In this document: positions 38,504-48,464 of the stretch, piece by piece
How the letters are laid out: each line of letters begins with the position of its first letter
Position numbering within the stretch: position 1 is the stretch's first letter
Assembly: GCA_029838215.1 (NCBI GenBank)
Contig: JALGVI010000018.1
Location: forward strand, 1-64,000
DNA length: 64,000 bases
Direction: 5' to 3'
Origin: Candidatus Helarchaeota archaeon
Lineage (GTDB): Archaea; Asgardarchaeota; Lokiarchaeia; Helarchaeales; RDOG01
Made by a program: the position numbers and the translations under genes
Notes under the pieces: model-generated
The model's database searches: none
Seen by the model: the letters and a program-made list of their open reading frames with translations, nothing else
What the model was told of the DNA's origin: nothing

Positions 38504-40057
38504 GTGAATTTTATGACCGAATCTCTTTCTCATTCGGATTTAATGGCTGCTCTTGAGGGTATTGTCGGTAATCGGGCAGTAAATGATTCAGATCATGCAC
38601 GATGGACTTATGCTCTTTCAGAAGCGTGGTCTACTGTTAGTCCCGGATTGACAAATGATCTGGTGCTTGATCTGGGACCGCCTGACGTGATCGTCAAGCC
38701 AAAGACGACAGAACACGTCGTTGAAATCGTGAAACTCGCAAATAAATATAAGATTCCGATCATTCCAAGGGGTGGAGGAACGGGAAATGCATCGGGTTCA
38801 GCGGCTCTCACGAGCGGTGGCATCATGTTAGACATGTTGGACATGAATAAATTTTTGAAGTATGACCCGGTGTCTCGAGCATGTCGCTTCCAAGCAGGAA
38901 TTAGTTGGGGTGCGTTGTGCCGAGAGTTGAAAAAATTGGGTTTAACGCCGGGTTTCATGGGGCCTCATGGAATCTATGGAGCTGTAGTTGGTGGTGGAAT
39001 ATCCTTGGATTCAACGGGAATACAGGGCACCAAATACGGACAGGAGAATGAAAACGTCCAGAACCTACAAGTCGTCCTTCCTAATGGAGAAGTTATCGAA
39101 ACGGGATCGCTAGCGAACAAGAGAACGGAGTGGTATTTTCGATATTGTAATGGTCCCGACCTTGCAGGTTTATTCATGGGTGCTTGCGGAGCATTTGGCG
39201 TTATCACGGAAGTAACTCTACGGACTTATCCAATTCCCGAACACTCCGCAGACATTCTATACCTGTTCCCGAGTGAAATGGATCAGTGTAAGGCATTATC
39301 GGAGATGGATTCTTATGAACTCATGAGTGACTATTTTGGACTGGCACAGGGCTTTCAATATACCATCATTGAGAACGTGTTCAACCTCCCGCCCGGCAAG
39401 ACCCAGAAAGGACCTGCCTTAATTTATACTTCTTCATATGATCCCGTCATCCTCGAACGGAAGACCTTGATGATGGATAAAATTGCGGAAAAATACAAGG
39501 CGATCAAATTTTCAGGAGATCCCGGTGCATTGGGACTCAGTTGTCACGATACTGATGAGATGCTCGGTGGCGCAATTTGCAAGTGGATGGGAGGCATGAT
39601 GCATAAAACGTGTTCGGTTCTACCTCTACTTGAATGCCCAAAACTGAATGAATGGCATTATAAATTTTTTGCCACTCAACGGGTGCAAGACTTATTGACA
39701 GAAACAGGTCTTGGAAATAAAGCTTGGAGCATTCAATATCCCGGAGGATGTCGTCATGGATACGTCTTGCACATGTCAATGTTTCATACTGATGCCACGT
39801 CACGGGACATGCGCACGACAGCTTATAAGTTATGGCATGAAATCTTAAAGGCGAAGATTGAACTGGGCACGTCTCCATATTGGGTTGGAAAGGATGCATT
39901 CTTGCCCCATCTCTGCCACGAAATGAATCCCGTCTATTTGAATTTACTTCACAAGCTTAAAGAATTTTTTGATCCCAACAACATCATGAATCCAGGTGCT
40001 CTTGGTTTGGGACTAGGAGAGAAGTTTCCATGGAAAAATAAAGGTGTATTTAAATGA
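38504..40057 (+). CDS. FAD-linked oxidoreductase (GlcD/D-lactate dehydrogenase-like)
   Basis: PDVIVKP, IIPRGGGT, GACGAFGVITEVTL, and C-terminal FDPNNIMNPG. Confidence 0.9.
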   Translation: MNFMTESLSHSDLMAALEGIVGNRAVNDSDHARWTYALSEAWSTVSPGLTNDLVLDLGPPDVIVKPKTTEHVVEIVKLANKYKIPIIPRGGGTGNASGSAALTSGGIMLDMLDMNKFLKYDPVSRACRFQAGISWGALCRELKKLGLTPGFMGPHGIYGAVVGGGISLDSTGIQGTKYGQENENVQNLQVVLPNGEVIETGSLANKRTEWYFRYCNGPDLAGLFMGACGAFGVITEVTLRTYPIPEHSADILYLFPSEMDQCKALSEMDSYELMSDYFGLAQGFQYTIIENVFNLPPGKTQKGPALIYTSSYDPVILERKTLMMDKIAEKYKAIKFSGDPGALGLSCHDTDEMLGGAICKWMGGMMHKTCSVLPLLECPKLNEWHYKFFATQRVQDLLTETGLGNKAWSIQYPGGCRHGYVLHMSMFHTDATSRDMRTTAYKLWHEILKAKIELGTSPYWVGKDAFLPHLCHEMNPVYLNLLHKLKEFFDPNNIMNPGALGLGLGEKFPWKNKGVFK

Positions 40058-41286
40058 GTCAATTCAAATTGGAAGATTTTAAAAAGGAAGTTTGGTATTG
40101 TGGCTGTTGCAGCATGTGCCGCGATACCCAAAGCAAGGGAATTGCTAAAAAACACGCTTGGATTGGTGTCTGTCCTGTCTATGATGTTCTCCGTTTCGAT
40201 CATTATACGTCTCGTGGCAGAAACAGCATAGCCAAGTACTTGCTTGAAGAAGTCATTGAATATAATACTGACTTGGCTGACGATGTCATATTTCGTTGTC
40301 TTGGATGCAAGGCATGTGAAGAAATATGCACGCCAACACTCCTTCCCGGTATGAAACCACTCGAGAACATGAAGATCGTGCGTGCCATGCGTCAAGATTG
40401 TTACGCGCGTGGACTGGTTCCAGAAAATCTCAAGGAAACTTTGGCAAAAATCATGGATAATGAAATAGGGAATCCATTTGGATTAGAACGGACGGAACGA
40501 ATGGACTGGGCAGAAGAATTAGACCTTCCAAAAAAGGCAGATATTCTTTATTATGCGGGATGTGCCGCCAGTTATCAAAATCAAAACACGCCTGAAGCTG
40601 TAATCAAGATAATGCGGGCTGCTGGAGACGAGGTGGCATATTTAGGGAATGACGAGCTGTGTTGCGGACAACAGCTTTTTTGGATTGGAGATTTTGAAAA
40701 TGCCCGAAAAAATGCAGAGGAACTAGTAAAGCGAATCCAAGATACTGGAGCAAAAAAGGTGATTTTTTCCTGTGCTGGATGTTTTAATACATTTAAGAAT
40801 GATTATAAAGAATTGGGAATCACGATCCCATTCAAGTTAGAGCACGTGGCAAAGTATCTCGGCTCGGCATTAAAGAAACTTGATATTAAAAATGAGATAA
40901 AGGAACAGGTCACGTATCACGATCCCTGTCATTTAGGTCGGCACGGCGGAGACTACAAGAGTCCAAGGAAGATTCTCAAGAAATTGGGCGTTGAATTGGT
41001 TGAAATGGAACGGAATAAGGCATTTGCTTATTGTTGCGGCGCAGGTTCAGGCGGAACGTGCTTGATTAATTACCCAGACTTGAATAAGGAGATTCGCTCC
41101 AGAAGAATAAAGGAAGCGGAAGCAACAGGCGCCAAGGTTCTCGTTTCACCGTGCCCAATGTGCATCAAAAACCTACGGGATGCAGCCCAAGAAAATGGCG
41201 TGGACATGGAATTTTATGACTTGCCAAATCTCGTTGCAGAAAAAGCAGGTCTTAAATCAGACGTGTACGATTCATGGAAAGGATAA
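40054..41286 (+). CDS. HdrD/GlcF-like Fe-S protein with CCG domains
   Basis: CGCCSMC, CLGCKACEEIC, ELCCG, SCAGC, YHDPCHL, CCGAG, SPCPMC. Confidence 0.92.
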   Translation: MSQFKLEDFKKEVWYCGCCSMCRDTQSKGIAKKHAWIGVCPVYDVLRFDHYTSRGRNSIAKYLLEEVIEYNTDLADDVIFRCLGCKACEEICTPTLLPGMKPLENMKIVRAMRQDCYARGLVPENLKETLAKIMDNEIGNPFGLERTERMDWAEELDLPKKADILYYAGCAASYQNQNTPEAVIKIMRAAGDEVAYLGNDELCCGQQLFWIGDFENARKNAEELVKRIQDTGAKKVIFSCAGCFNTFKNDYKELGITIPFKLEHVAKYLGSALKKLDIKNEIKEQVTYHDPCHLGRHGGDYKSPRKILKKLGVELVEMERNKAFAYCCGAGSGGTCLINYPDLNKEIRSRRIKEAEATGAKVLVSPCPMCIKNLRDAAQENGVDMEFYDLPNLVAEKAGLKSDVYDSWKG

Positions 41287-41340
41287 TCCGAACACATCAA
41301 AAAAATTTTTTCTTTTTTCAACAAATAGGAGGCAATATTA

Positions 41341-41520
41341 ATGCCATTGATTGAAGTGACAAGTTTTAATCTTTCAGCAGATGTAAAACGTAAGTTAGTA
41401 AATGGTTTAGCTGAAAAAGCATCAGAGATCACGGGAAAACCGTTGGAATATTTTACGGTTGTCATTCGTGAAGTATCAGGTCCCGAAGCCTGGGGACACC
41501 GAGGCAAATGTCTCGGTTAA
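41341..41520 (+). CDS. 4-oxalocrotonate tautomerase-family protein (59 aa, not in the ORF track)
   Basis: MPLIEVTSFNLSADVKRKLVNGLAEKASEITGKPLEYFTVVIREVSGPEAWGHRGKCLG*. It has Pro1 after Met removal and an AGGAGG SD upstream. Confidence 0.88.
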   Translation: MPLIEVTSFNLSADVKRKLVNGLAEKASEITGKPLEYFTVVIREVSGPEAWGHRGKCLG

Positions 41521-41532
41521 AAACCCTTTTTT

Positions 41533-41892
41533 TTATGATTTCACGACTTGAACGAATGTTTTTCCATCTTTTTCGATTAATTTAACCCAGTTTATGTCTC
41601 TAAAAAACGTTAAAAGGACTTTAAATTCATGTGCCTTCAGGTTCAGAGTTTTCATTAGATCCTCAGGAGTTTTTTCAGATATTGCGATTGTTTCATAAAA
41701 ATTCTTGCTTTGAGGAGGAATTCTTTTTAGAAGTTCTTCGCGTGAGAGAGAGCTTGCAAGTTTTTCAATGTTTTCAAGGCAATAATGCACGTCACATTCT
41801 TGCATGTAGCAATCATCACAAATATAAACCCCATTAATTTCGTAGATATAGCGAGGATCTGTTTTTCGCCCGCATTGAGAACAAAGATTCAT
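41533..41892 (-). CDS. Hypothetical protein with N-terminal treble-clef-like Zn finger and possible C-terminal wHTH
   Basis: CSQC...CDDC, then helical segments and a final beta hairpin (WVKLIEKDGKTFV). Confidence 0.6.
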   Translation of the reverse strand: MNLCSQCGRKTDPRYIYEINGVYICDDCYMQECDVHYCLENIEKLASSLSREELLKRIPPQSKNFYETIAISEKTPEDLMKTLNLKAHEFKVLLTFFRDINWVKLIEKDGKTFVQVVKS

Positions 41893-41950
41893 GAGATCAA
41901 GATTCCAAATTAAGAAATAAAATTGCCGTAGGACAAGTCAAAAGGACTAT

Positions 41951-43780
41951 TTACAAGACCAAAGACGAATATTCATCTAATGGGAGAACCTCAAATTCAC
42001 AGTGAGGATCACCTTTTGTAATGCACTTTGTTTCTTCACAAATTAGTTTTTTCTTTGTAATGAATTCCAAGATTCCTGCAAAGACACCAGAAGATATAAA
42101 ATCCTTCCCTGATTGTTGTTGTTTGAAGTTTGGCGGAGGATTGATTCCATTATTTGGTTTGGCCGTGCCAATTAGAGGATTTTTCACTATGACTTTTAGG
42201 TAGCCCCGTTCGAGGTCAAGTTCCTTGATTTCGGCTATGCCCCATCCTCTTGAACCCACGATTTGCATGTAGACTCTGAGAATTGATGCTCCTGTCAGGT
42301 TATATTTCGCAGTAAGGATTTGACAAAATTGCAAAGCCATTCGTTCTCCTGCATGGTATAATATTTCTTTTGCTTTTTCAAATCCCACGATGTCTTCAGC
42401 AGACTCCACGATGTGCAGGAGGGTTCCGCGCGGCATGAGTAGCACGCGAGTCCCGAAAAGACTTAACGTGCCATCCCGTTCAAAACTCAATTCGTCCTTG
42501 ATTTTCATCATGTCCGTGCTGAGAGGAGCAAGATCCTTGCTGGGAGATCCAATAAATTCGCAATATTCATCTTTAGTCGAAATGCATTTACTTTCAAAAA
42601 ACTCCCATGGCTCACCCGTGATGAATTCCGTGAGACGTGCCATGAAACCCGCAATATGAGAATGGATGGAATTAATGCACTCAAAATTAAAAAGTCCTTG
42701 TGCCTCTACGATTACAACGCCTTTTTCCAAATCCATCTTTTTGAAATTAATATTTCCAAGACCGAGATTTACCGCATGATTAATTACCATCCGGGCGATC
42801 TCGTTAGAGTCTAACTCGAATAGGTTTTGATAATGCATTATGAAAATTTCAGCCATGTTCCTTCCTGATTCATAAGTCATTTGCTTGTACTCGGTGTAAT
42901 CAATCCGATCGTGAAGATTTCTATATAAATCCAGAAAAGTTTCTTCAGGAAGGATGAAATGACGCTTTCCAAAAAGCTCAATTTTTCCATCGGCAGTCAT
43001 TGACAAGGATTTCTTCAAGAGCGTGAAATTATTGATGAGGTCGGCCTGCATAACAATTTCCGTTTTGGAAAATTCATAAGGAACTTCCATTGACAGTATT
43101 TTCTCGCCAAAAAAACGGTTTTTCATGACACGAAGATGAGGAACGAGAATGGCGGAAATCTCCTTGACGCTCAGATGAATGACGGTTTCAACCATGTTTT
43201 CCAGTGATGCAACGAACTGGGGCGATAATGCCTTCCTATCGACATAGAATAGACCTAAATCCCTATTTTTTTTCAAGAGAAAGAAGAACTCGCGAAGAAG
43301 TCGCAAAACCTTCTCTTCCGATCCAATCGTGATGACCATGTTTGTAATGTCGTCAACGATCCATCTAACATTTTGCACCTGTTCAAACCGTTCTCGCGTC
43401 ATTTCAACCAGATATCTTAACTTGGAAATATCGGTGGGATTTTCAAGGGATGTGACCTCTTTGATGGGAGGAACATCGGGATAGGTAACTGTTCCATAGC
43501 AATCAATTACTACTAGCTTTTCGTTTTTTATTGCATCTTGCATTTCGGGTGTCGTGAAGAGTTTCAATACGTGGTGAGCAGGAAAACCATAATCTATCAA
43601 GATCACGCGTGAATCCGAAGATCGTTTAATTGCTTCTCTAGCGAAATAATCCGAAAAATTAGAGAATTGTGTACTTGAATGTTCTGAAACCATCAAGATT
43701 GCGCTTCCAGGTGTTATACCCCCTCCTAAAAGAGCATCTAAAGTTAAAATTCCAAATTTTTCCTGTCTAATATTATTCAT
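41951..43780 (-). CDS. Degenerate KaiC/RecA-fold domain fused to two V4R domains
   Basis: TLDALLGGGITPGS with no Walker A lysine, WIVDDIT, ENMVETVIHL. Two V4R units end in ESKCISTKDEYCEF and ETKCITKGDPHCEF. Confidence 0.8.
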   Translation of the reverse strand: MNNIRQEKFGILTLDALLGGGITPGSAILMVSEHSSTQFSNFSDYFAREAIKRSSDSRVILIDYGFPAHHVLKLFTTPEMQDAIKNEKLVVIDCYGTVTYPDVPPIKEVTSLENPTDISKLRYLVEMTRERFEQVQNVRWIVDDITNMVITIGSEEKVLRLLREFFFLLKKNRDLGLFYVDRKALSPQFVASLENMVETVIHLSVKEISAILVPHLRVMKNRFFGEKILSMEVPYEFSKTEIVMQADLINNFTLLKKSLSMTADGKIELFGKRHFILPEETFLDLYRNLHDRIDYTEYKQMTYESGRNMAEIFIMHYQNLFELDSNEIARMVINHAVNLGLGNINFKKMDLEKGVVIVEAQGLFNFECINSIHSHIAGFMARLTEFITGEPWEFFESKCISTKDEYCEFIGSPSKDLAPLSTDMMKIKDELSFERDGTLSLFGTRVLLMPRGTLLHIVESAEDIVGFEKAKEILYHAGERMALQFCQILTAKYNLTGASILRVYMQIVGSRGWGIAEIKELDLERGYLKVIVKNPLIGTAKPNNGINPPPNFKQQQSGKDFISSGVFAGILEFITKKKLICEETKCITKGDPHCEFEVLPLDEYSSLVL

Positions 43781-44135
43781 CTCAGGATTCTCCCCTCAGG
43801 TTCAGCCACATGAACAGTTTTTATTCGATTTCAAGCTTTATCATGGTGAAAAAATAATTTCAAATAAGTAATGAAAAAAATATTTTTATTAAGAAAATAA
43901 TTCGAATCATGATTTTTAAGATTTTTCGCAATAAAAAACGAATTTATCAAAAAAACCGCAATTTATTTAATGGAAATCTAAGAATCTTGTGAACTTATCA
44001 ACTCGAAAATCTTGAAAAAATCAATTTTATTTATTTTGATTCATATTCATTTTTAAGAAGAAAACATATCTTTCGTTTTTCTTTTCAGAAATCGTGTTTT
44101 CGGACATGGAACAACTCATCAAGAGATTTGAGGAA

Positions 44136-45471
44136 ATGCATATGGTTAAACCGATTAAAATCAAGAAGATCAATTCTAGATGGATATTAGATAGCCGTGG
44201 GAATCCTACGATTGAGTCAGAGGTTCACGTTGAGAATTCTCCAATAATTGGGCGCGCTGCCGTTCCTTCCGGTGCATCTACAGGTGAGCACGAAGCACTC
44301 GAACTACGAGACGGAGGAAATCCCTTTAGAGGAAAAGGCGTGAAAAAAGCAATACAAAACGTGCTGAAGATAATTCAGCCAAAATTACTTGGTCAAGATG
44401 CCGGTGAACAGGAAACCATTGACAAGATCATGCTAGAACTTGATGGAACTGAAAATAAATCAAAATTGGGAGCAAACGCAATATTATCTGTTTCACTTGC
44501 CTGTACACGAGTTGCCGCAGCATCTCGAAACGTGCCCCTTTATCAATACATTTACCAATTGAGTCATAAAAAAGAAAGGAAAGACTTACTCTTACCCGTC
44601 CCGATGTCAAACGTCATAAATGGAGGCAAGCACGCAGGCGGGGATCTTGCCATTCAAGAGTTCATGATTCTCCCTGTTGGTGGAAAAAATTATCCTGATG
44701 CCATCCGCATGCTTACAGAAACTTATCACAACTTATCACGAATTAAAACAAACCATTTCTAAACGATACGGACATGGCTCCGTTAACATTGGAGATGAAG
44801 GGGGATTTGCCCCGGCAATACAAGGCACGAAAGACGCTTTAAATCTATTGATGGATGCCATTTCAAATGCAGGTTACTCTCCAGGAAAAGATTTCATGAT
44901 TGCGATGGATGCCGCGGCGAGCGAATTTTTCGAAAAAGGCAAGTATCTCACGGACGGAAAACAACTTTCACCCGATGAAATGGTTGATTTCTACGTGGAT
45001 ATTATAAAAAGCTATCCCATTTTGTCTCTCGAAGATCCCTTCGATGAGAATGATTTCGAGACTTTTGCAAAACTCACGAAACAAATAGGGGATAAATGCC
45101 TGATTGTTGGGGACGACTTATTCGTGACTAACGTGACGAGAATTAAGAAAGGTTTCGAAATGGGTGCTGCAAATGCACTATTGTTAAAAGTAAATCAGAT
45201 TGGAACCTTGACTGAAAGCATTCAAGCATGTCAATATACATATTCACAGGGAAATGCTGTGATTGTCTCGCATCGCTCGGGTGAAACCGAAGATACTTTC
45301 ATAGCTGACTTAAGCGTGGGACTTTGCACGGGACTTATCAAAACTGGTGCACCCTGCCGAACAGACCGAGCCTGTAAATACAACCAATTATTGAGAATAA
45401 ATGAAGAGTTAGGAGCAAAAGCAAGTTACCCGGGAATGGATATTAAATCAAAATGGAAGCAATTCCAATAA
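44136..45471 (+). pseudogene. eno: Enolase interrupted by a 10-bp tandem duplication (or assembly error)
   Basis: [26 protein letters not shown], then GDEGGFAP, LLKVNQIG, SHRSGETED in the next frame. Removing one AACTTATCAC restores the frame. Confidence 0.93.
44720..44739 (+). repeat. Perfect 10-bp tandem duplication AACTTATCAC x2
   Basis: Read directly from the sequence. It causes the eno frameshift. Confidence 0.97.
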
Positions 45472-45502
45472 TTCTTTTTTGTGAGAAAGGAGAGAGGATA
45501 TC

Positions 45503-45873
45503 TTGCAAATCTGGAATGGAAACATTTCCGTGCGAAGTAGAAAGAAGTAAGATAAAAAATGGACACGTGCTAATATTCTCCAAGCACACGACTTGTGGAA
45601 TTCTCATTCAAGAAGCAGAAAGAGGATTGAACGTAGACATATTAACGAGAATCGAAAAATTGATACCAAAAGGCACGGGATATAAACATGATCGAATCGA
45701 TAATAATGCAGATAGCCACATAAAGACTTGTCTCATTGGAGTATCAAGAATAATTCCATTAATAAATGGGATCTTGCAGCTTGGAACGTGGCAGTCCTTA
45801 TTTTTAGCTGAATTCGATGGTCCTAGAGCGAGAAAAAGCGAGAAAAATCATCGTGCAAGTAATGGGAGAATGA
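45503..45873 (+). pseudogene. yjbQ: YjbQ-family protein with two lesions
   Basis: HTTCG, NADSHIK and LGTWQ...EFDGPR are present. The N-terminus (TTG 45503, MQIWNGNISVRS) is out of frame, and the C-terminus is restored by removing a 10-bp duplication. Confidence 0.82.
45828..45847 (+). repeat. Perfect 10-bp tandem duplication GCGAGAAAAA x2
   Basis: Read directly from the sequence. Removing one copy gives GPRARKIIVQVMGE*. Confidence 0.97.
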
Positions 45874-45926
45874 TTCTTCACCACGATGCGGATCCCATTA
45901 AAATCTAACGAGTTTCAAAAAAATGA

Positions 45927-45957
45927 GCCGAACCAGTTCGGCAAATATATTTTTTTG
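45927..45957 (+). terminator. Possible terminator hairpin
   Basis: GCCGAA-CCAG-TTCGGC followed by an A/T run ending in a T tract, after yjbQ. Confidence 0.35.
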
Positions 45958-46011
45958 TATTAACAAGCTTAAGATCACTTGATATTCAATTATTTCTTGG
46001 AATGAATTACA

Positions 46012-46899
46012 ATGTTAAGAGATATCATCCGCATTGATGAAGAAAAATGCACGGGCTGTGGCGAATGCATACCGAATTGCCCTGAAGGAGCCATTCAACT
46101 AATCGATGGAAAGGCTCGTTTGGTAAGTGAATTATTTTGCGATGGACTTGGAGCCTGTATTGGCTTCTGCCCATTTGGAGCAATCTCCGTCGAGAAAAGA
46201 GAAGCCGAAAAATATGATGAACGAAAAGTCATGGTAAACATCATCAAGGGCGGCGAAAATGTCATAAAAGCTCACTTAATCCATTTAAGAGACCACGGCG
46301 AGAATGAACTATACGACCAAGCCATAGAAGTCCTAAAAGAAAAAGGAATGGATATTCCGGATATCGATGATTCAAGTTCACGACAAGAACAAACTCCTGC
46401 AAGTCAGGAATCTGAAGTCAAGGAAATTCAATTCACCTGTCCCGGAGCAAGAATGATGGACCTTCGTGATGAAATGACCGCTGAAAGTGAACCTGAAAGT
46501 GAACCCACGGCTGAAACTCGAGATCTAAAATCTGAGTTGAAAACGTGGCCCATCCAGCTAAAACTCCTGAATCCAAATGCACCCTACCTGAAAAATGCAG
46601 ACTTGGTCATAGCATCGGATTGCGTGCCGTTTGCCTATCCCAATTTTCACGAACGATTCCTAAAAGGGAAAGTTCTCTTGATTTTATGCCCAAAATTAGA
46701 CTCAAATATAGAAGCATACGTGGATAAACTTGCAGAGATCTTGAAAAATCAAAATATAAAATCAATAACGATCGTGCACATGGAAGTCGCATGCTGTTTC
46801 GGCATAAAATTCATCATGAATTCGGCTTTGAAGAAGGCAGGAAAAAATGCGGATATTACCTCGTATAAAATATCCATCTATGGCGATATTCTTCAATAG
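46012..46899 (+). CDS. 2x[4Fe-4S] ferredoxin-domain protein with conserved C-terminal Cys domain
   Basis: CTGCGECIPNCP, CDGLGACIGFCP, CPG, WPIQL, ASDC, CPKLD, MEVACC. Confidence 0.9.
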   Translation: MLRDIIRIDEEKCTGCGECIPNCPEGAIQLIDGKARLVSELFCDGLGACIGFCPFGAISVEKREAEKYDERKVMVNIIKGGENVIKAHLIHLRDHGENELYDQAIEVLKEKGMDIPDIDDSSSRQEQTPASQESEVKEIQFTCPGARMMDLRDEMTAESEPESEPTAETRDLKSELKTWPIQLKLLNPNAPYLKNADLVIASDCVPFAYPNFHERFLKGKVLLILCPKLDSNIEAYVDKLAEILKNQNIKSITIVHMEVACCFGIKFIMNSALKKAGKNADITSYKISIYGDILQ

Positions 46900-46996
46900 C
46901 ATCATCCGACTACATTAATTTTTATTATTGCAGGACTTATCAACTCGAGCACATAAAATTACACAGGAAACGAATACTAAACGTATTTCAATAAAA

Positions 46997-47782
46997 TCAG
47001 AGAGGAAGGATTAATCCACAGAAAATAGAAGCTCCGATGAAAATCCCGAAGCAAATTAAAAAGTTCTTTCCTTCTAAATTTTTAAATTGCATGACGATGA
47101 GAATTGAGCATAGTATCCAACCGACGAGATAAAATCTAGGAAAAAATGGGAAAAAAGGAATCGGATTTCCAAGACCTTGAAGAAAGGGGAACTTTTCATC
47201 AAACCAATTTTTCACTGGAAAGACCCAATGAATTTCATGAAAGCTTTTTGTAATCCAGTAAAGTAAATCTTCATTAACAGAAAAAAGAGGTACTGAAATC
47301 ATCGCCAGGGCTCCAGACCCCCGTGATGCAAGAAGAACGATACTAATATTTAAAATTGTCATGAAAATCCAATAAAAATATTTGTTGGGAAATAATGCCG
47401 ATATTTTAAACCAGTCATTCCAGGTGGCATCAAAGAAAATATACTCAAGAATTCCATAAATAATTGCAAAACTCGTGGTTGCAATCAATCCGTATTTCAA
47501 ATATTCTGGCTTGATCCACCGGTTTTCTAAATAAATTCCAATTATAATAGCACCACCACAGAAAAGAATCAAGCCTGAAAGAACCAAAAAGGAGTACCAA
47601 GCAAATATAATGATGATAACTCCCGTTAAAATTAAAACAATGGCACATTTATATTGTAATTTCAATTCTTTAATGCGCTCTTCAATTCCATTATGCTCTA
47701 TCATTTTATTTTCCATTCTTAAATGACCTTTTCCCATCGTTTTTGTGATCTTACCTTGGTCAAAATACCCTATTATCGTCAA
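46997..47782 (-). CDS. Hypothetical membrane protein
   Basis: Several hydrophobic helices. No family recognised, start uncertain. Confidence 0.7.
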   Translation of the reverse strand: MTIIGYFDQGKITKTMGKGHLRMENKMIEHNGIEERIKELKLQYKCAIVLILTGVIIIIFAWYSFLVLSGLILFCGGAIIIGIYLENRWIKPEYLKYGLIATTSFAIIYGILEYIFFDATWNDWFKISALFPNKYFYWIFMTILNISIVLLASRGSGALAMISVPLFSVNEDLLYWITKSFHEIHWVFPVKNWFDEKFPFLQGLGNPIPFFPFFPRFYLVGWILCSILIVMQFKNLEGKNFLICFGIFIGASIFCGLILPL

Positions 47783-47962
47783 GTTATGTTAAATAATATG
47801 ATCCGTTAAATTAATCGAATATCACACTGTCATAGTCGCAATCAATGCCAAGTTCTTAAAAGTTGAAAAATGAATCCCCAATTTTTTATCTTCAGCTCAC
47901 TTTTTTTATGTTGATAAAGATTCTTAAAAGTGAGTTGGAATTGTTTTCTAAAACACGGATGA

Positions 47963-48187
47963 TTGAATGCAATGAGCGAGTTATCTGAAGACGAGAAATT
48001 TCTCTTGAACGTGATAAGGGATAATGGAAACAAGATATCTTATAAGGAACTGAATAATATTTGTTCGGAAAAGTTTGAAGGTGTCAGGTTGGTCCTTAAA
48101 AAACTAAAAAGTTCGGGTTTTGTAAATTTTGAAGGAATTATTCCATCGTTTAGTTCTGAAATCGAATTAAACAAGGATTCTTTTTAG
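47963..48187 (+). CDS. Small winged-helix protein
   Basis: LSEDEKFLLNVI...ISYKEL...GVRLVLKKLKSSGFV. Confidence 0.65.
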   Translation: MNAMSELSEDEKFLLNVIRDNGNKISYKELNNICSEKFEGVRLVLKKLKSSGFVNFEGIIPSFSSEIELNKDSF

Positions 48188-48464
48188 TTTTTACCATTTT
48201 CACGGAGAATTTTTTACCTTTTTTTTTAAATGAATCCAGATTGTCAAGATATTTCTCATGCCTTGCAATTTTTAGCAGGGATTGTATAAATAAGCCCGAT
48301 GCAAGGATCAATCCCATCCTGATATCGCACTGATCTTGGATAAAACATTTAAGAACGAATAAACATTGAAACTAAACTAAATTTGACAAGGAAATTGTTC
48401 ACCGTTTGAGGGAACTAGTTCCGTTCATCATGTTATAAATTGGATCATCAAGGTAGTGTGTATC

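Noticed and set aside
44677-44762. Programmed ribosomal frameshift or naturally split enolase
   Set aside because: The exact 10-bp duplication fully explains the frame change.
48295-48340. Possible C/D-box sRNA upstream of rpl3 (two CTGA within a short stem)
   Set aside because: There is no acceptable C or C' box and the spacing is wrong.
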